Assembly (NCBI GenBank): GCA_965235115.1 | Contig: OZ249436.1 | Span: forward strand, 12,712,001 to 12,776,000 | DNA from: Laetmonice hystrix | Taxonomy: Eukaryota | Reading direction: 5' to 3' | Length of the DNA: 64,000 nt | In this document: in pieces, positions 60,101-64,000 of the stretch | Layout: every line of letters starts with the position of its first letter | How positions within the stretch are numbered: the first letter of the stretch is position 1 | Made by a program: the position numbers and the translations under genes | Notes under the pieces: model-generated | Database searches by the model: none | Seen by the model: only the letters and a program-made list of their open reading frames with translations | Told to the model about the DNA's origin: nothing

Positions 60101-62941
60101 AGCCGGCCTCACACGGTGACGGTGTGATTTTCTCTGTTACAATACATGAATACGCTACGATACGATGTCCTGTCGTATCTTGGGGTATTGTATCGTAAAG
60201 AATTGCATAATGCATCCCCTCATGCTATGGTTTTTCTGCGATATATTACTGCGATACGACACAATACACTACATGTGCCAGCGATTGTATAAGATACGAC
60301 ACAACGTCAACGGTCCGAGATACGCTACGACGGGCCTCTCACACGCTGTGATTATGTAAGATATGTACGATACAGGGAGTACGCCAGTGCTTGCCGTTTG
60401 AAATCTTTACGGGAGCGATCCATCACTCTCCTTGGTTATCCGAGGAGAGCTAAATCACTCTCCTAGAAATCGTTCCTGTCCCACGTTTGGGTATTTCCAG
60501 GTAAACTCAGGGTAGTTTATCAGGTTTGGCATAGGCTAAAGAGGCCCTGGGAGCCGTCTTGGAAATGATTGACTCATTAATGTCTGGGGGACAAGGAGGA
60601 GACAGAGAGCGTTTTGGAGGTTGCCTCAGACATGGCTGAGGGTTCACATCAGTCAGTGAAGTTGAGGGGCGCGATAAACAGCGCTTCTGAAACAGATTTT
60701 GCGGGCGTTTAGGGGCGCAAGCGCGATCGCGCCCGTCAAACGGCAAGGCCTGGTACGCTAGTGAATGCCTGAATGTTGGTGTATGACGTCTTAGAAATAT
60801 ACACCACTCATTATTTAGGAGAGGAATTAAAATATGACGTAATTAATAAAACAGTAAGGAGATTTTCAATCGCATTCAGGGAGTACGTTAGCGGTCAACA
60901 CGCTCGCAAAGGCGAATACCTACCGCTTGTGGTGAGTTCCACTGCCAAAATAAACCAACAAATTCGCCACGCGTGCAAATTCCACTATCCCCCAGTTTAT
61001 CTTTATAGCCCAGGTATCCCCTGGGAGTGCCGTTTCTCTCAAAGCCTGCACACCTCATCCGCCACATGTATTGACTGTGCTGGTGGAGCACGGTGTGTAG
61101 ATGTGACATGTAGGTGATCAGGGACCATGGTGACCGATCCACCCAGCCCGGTCACTGCGCCAGGCCAGGGTTCCCCATATACACACTGCCCAGGTCGGGC
61201 CGACCTCAGTGCTGGCCCGTCACCCCTGGGCCATGGCCCTCACTTCTCATGTCTGGGGTGACTTTGACAGATGCCAATCACCCTGTAGAAGTATAGTTTA
61301 AATGCTATCCCGATTACCTGGCAGGCTGAGTGTGCTGGGAGAGGCCAGGTGATACATAGCTTGGTTGAGGTCACATGGCATGAAGGTGGGGAGTCAGCTC
61401 GGCCGGCTTATTAGTATGGGGTGGGGTCGGGGTTGTTAGGGGGGATCGCTGCAATAAGGGGTATATAGCCTAGGTATGGTACCCCTCAATGTGGGCCGGG
61501 CCCCTACTGAGACACGTATCCCAATATTCTTGCTGAGAGGGCCACTTGTGTAGAGTTATCCTAGCTCTAGACAGCTCATTCCTTTAAAAAAAACTGTCAC
61601 TACACACAGGCAGCAAATGACAGCGAATGAAAGTACCTTTCTTTTAAGAAACAGCAAACACTTTATAATATACAGAGAAATTAATATAATGAACTCTGGT
61701 TTATCGAAATAAAAAAAAAACATTTCCTTAACAATACTGTGGCTAAAACTTTTTCCGTGTGGCTAGTTCTTTTCCTCAGTTGTTAGCCACTGTGGCTAAG
61801 ACCCAAAATTCCCTAGTGTACTCCCTGGCATTTCAGGAAAAGATTTGGGATTTTTGTTGTTCTTATGGGAGAATATCGCGATATCACAGCCCAGCCTGAT
61901 CCCTGGGCCGTCTTGAGCAGCAAGAATATTGGGATCCAGTACAGTACACCTACATACGACATGTCTCAGAGGAGGCCTGGCCCAATTTGACGGGTACCTC
62001 GGCTATATATATATACCCTCTCATCACATCGATCCCCTCTTACCTCTAACAGCCCCCACCCCTCACACCCCCGACCCCCATACTGAGCGGGCCGATCTGA
62101 CTCCCCACCTTCATGCCATGTGACCTCAGCCAAGCAAGATCTATGTGTGACCTGTCCTCTCCCGGCACACTCAGCCAGCCAGTTAATCTGTTAATCGTAA
62201 TCATTTAAACTATATACTCTGACAGGCTGTCATAAACTCGCCCCAGACATGGGGAGTGAGGGCCATGGACAGGACCCAGGGGAGATGGGCCTGCACTGAG
62301 GGCCGGCCCGACCTGGGCAGTCCGTAGTAGACTAGGGGGCGCAGCTGGCCTGGCCTGGCCAGGCGGAGTGACCGGGTTGGGTGGGTCGGTCACCCTGGGG
62401 TGCGTTTCTATAAAGCCCAAAAGACTCTTTGAGACCCAAAAAGTCGTTGCGGCGACGTGGTGTTTCTATAACACTCTATTCTTTAATGCTGGTTTCGAAA
62501 AGACTCTTTTAAAAGACTCTGTGCAAAGACACCTTTTCTTACAGAAACGTCACATGTCACATGTGCTCCAACCACAGTCAGTGGTGGATCAGGCGTGCAC
62601 CCGGCACTCCGGAGGGGGGGGGGTGTACCTGGGCTATAAACTTGGGACAGTGGAATTCACAGGCGTGGTGAATTTGGTGGTTTTTTTGGCAGTGGAACTC
62701 GCCACAGGCTTTAAGTAATTTGCGTTTGCGAGCGTGGCTACCGCTAACATACTCCCTGCGATACAATGTTACACGATTAAAATATTTTGAACATGTTCAA
62801 AAGGCTACGACAAGACAGCCTCGTATGGCAGGATATTGTATCGCAGACTAGCTCACACGGTGTGACAATCAAGGATCATGACTGACGTATCGTAGATAGT
62901 TGTACGATATTGCAGCAAAATCACACCGTGTGAGGCCGGCT
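60101..62941. mobile_element. multi-layer nest: Harbinger-like MITE > CAGGGAGTA-ended composite (60373-62758, TSD CGATA) > foldback with ~430-bp arms (~61128-62396)
   Basis: Outer TIR AGCCGGCCTCACACGGTG / CACCGTGTGAGGCCGGCT; CGATA on both sides of CAGGGAGTA..TACTCCCTG; long inverted similarity of 61128-61545 to 61905-62396. Confidence 0.85.
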
Positions 62942-63069
62942 CCAGTCTCAGCGCTCGGTTATAGTCTGGGTACTGCACAGGCAGCCACAATAATGCTGTC
63001 TACTTCAACCGTTCAAGTCCAAGTTAAGGAGGGATGAGAGTCAAAAATAAAAATATTGTCAAACTTCTA

Positions 63070-63394
63070 CAGGGCTCTCAAAGTTGGCAGGAGTAGCAGG
63101 GTACAGAAGAAGAGAAAGTAGCAGGGTACAGTGCTCGGGGGGGGGGGGGGGGGGGTCCTGGGGCCCTCCCCGAGACAAATTTGAACAAATGCCCCTCTGA
63201 GATGTAATTTCCTGGCATCTGAGAGAGGCAATTGGTCATCACTGCCATCGTATAATCGTACGATCCTACGTGCAGGAAAGTGAAAAAAGAAATTGTTAAA
63301 AAGATTTTTTGTCATTCAACAAAAAGTAGGCGGCGGCAAAACTGGTTTTAGACAGCGTTTTGCTGCCATTGACCAGATACTTTTGAGGGTTCTG
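63070..63394 (-). mobile_element. non-autonomous hAT-like element, copy 2 (inverted)
   Basis: Reverse-complement similarity to 25871-26212; TSD CTTCTA (63064-63069, 63395-63400). Confidence 0.9.
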
Positions 63395-64000
63395 CTTCTA
63401 GAAAGCTTCCTAAGTCAAGAACTCCAATAATAGAGTCAAAATAAACAAAAATTTTAGGGGGTTGCCGTCCTAATTAGGCTCGTAGGACAACATATAGGTC
63501 ATCATGAATGCCAAAAAAGGCCAGATTTACATATTTTTAATTTCTCTCATCTGGACACCAAAATATATATGATCTACATCTTTCTTCTGTCACAAACCCG
63601 TCCATATACATCAAGCTTCGACACAGTATTGATTTTAAGTAGGTAGCAGCAATTTATATATTTAAAAAAAAAGATTAATGGTCACAAAAAGGTAAAAAAT
63701 TAAAAAAAATCATTATTTTGATATTTTAACAATGTTCTCATATTGTCAAATTTCCCATCTTTTGCCTGTACTTAGCCATGGACATATTTTAAGCAGAATA
63801 TTTTAAAAAAAACACGGTTGCCGTGCTTATTTTTTGTGGGGGAGCCTCATATATGTATCCCTTACCCCAAAATGTTCGTTTGGCTTGGCCCTCAATTTCA
63901 GTACTCGATATTCATTATTTCTTTGCCAGGATGTTCCAAATGAAAGCAGAACTTAGAAGTCAAACTTAAATTTCTCTAACTTCTAATTAGCCTACAACAC

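Overview
Eukaryotic, intron-rich animal genomic DNA (bilaterian invertebrate, inferred from the gene sequences and TE repertoire). Three spliced genes could be reconstructed by hand: (1) the 5' part of a CRTC/TORC CREB co-activator on the minus strand (ATG 30099, 7 coding exons down to 861, continuing off the left edge); (2) a complete 13-exon hnRNP M/MYEF2-family three-RRM gene on the plus strand (39680-47639, 687 aa) with an N-terminal RS domain and Gly/Met-rich linkers; (3) a complete DET1 on the minus strand (58436-56136, 577 aa, 2 coding exons). Three introns carry minor-spliceosome (U12-type GT-AG) signals: a 14.4-kb TE-filled intron in CRTC and two introns at equivalent positions in RRM2 and RRM3 of hnRNPM/MYEF2, the last also holding extra U2 and U12 donor motifs. 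The CRTC-MYEF2 spacer holds decayed Ty3/Gypsy and BEL/Pao fragments. Introns and flanks hold many, often nested, non-autonomous DNA transposons (CAGG/CAGGG-ended with 5-6 bp TSDs, Harbinger-like, Kolobok-like, Tc1/pogo-like), tRNA-derived SINE-like heads and microsatellites. No CRISPR, rRNA or convincing tRNA gene was seen. All assignments are by eye, without database searches.
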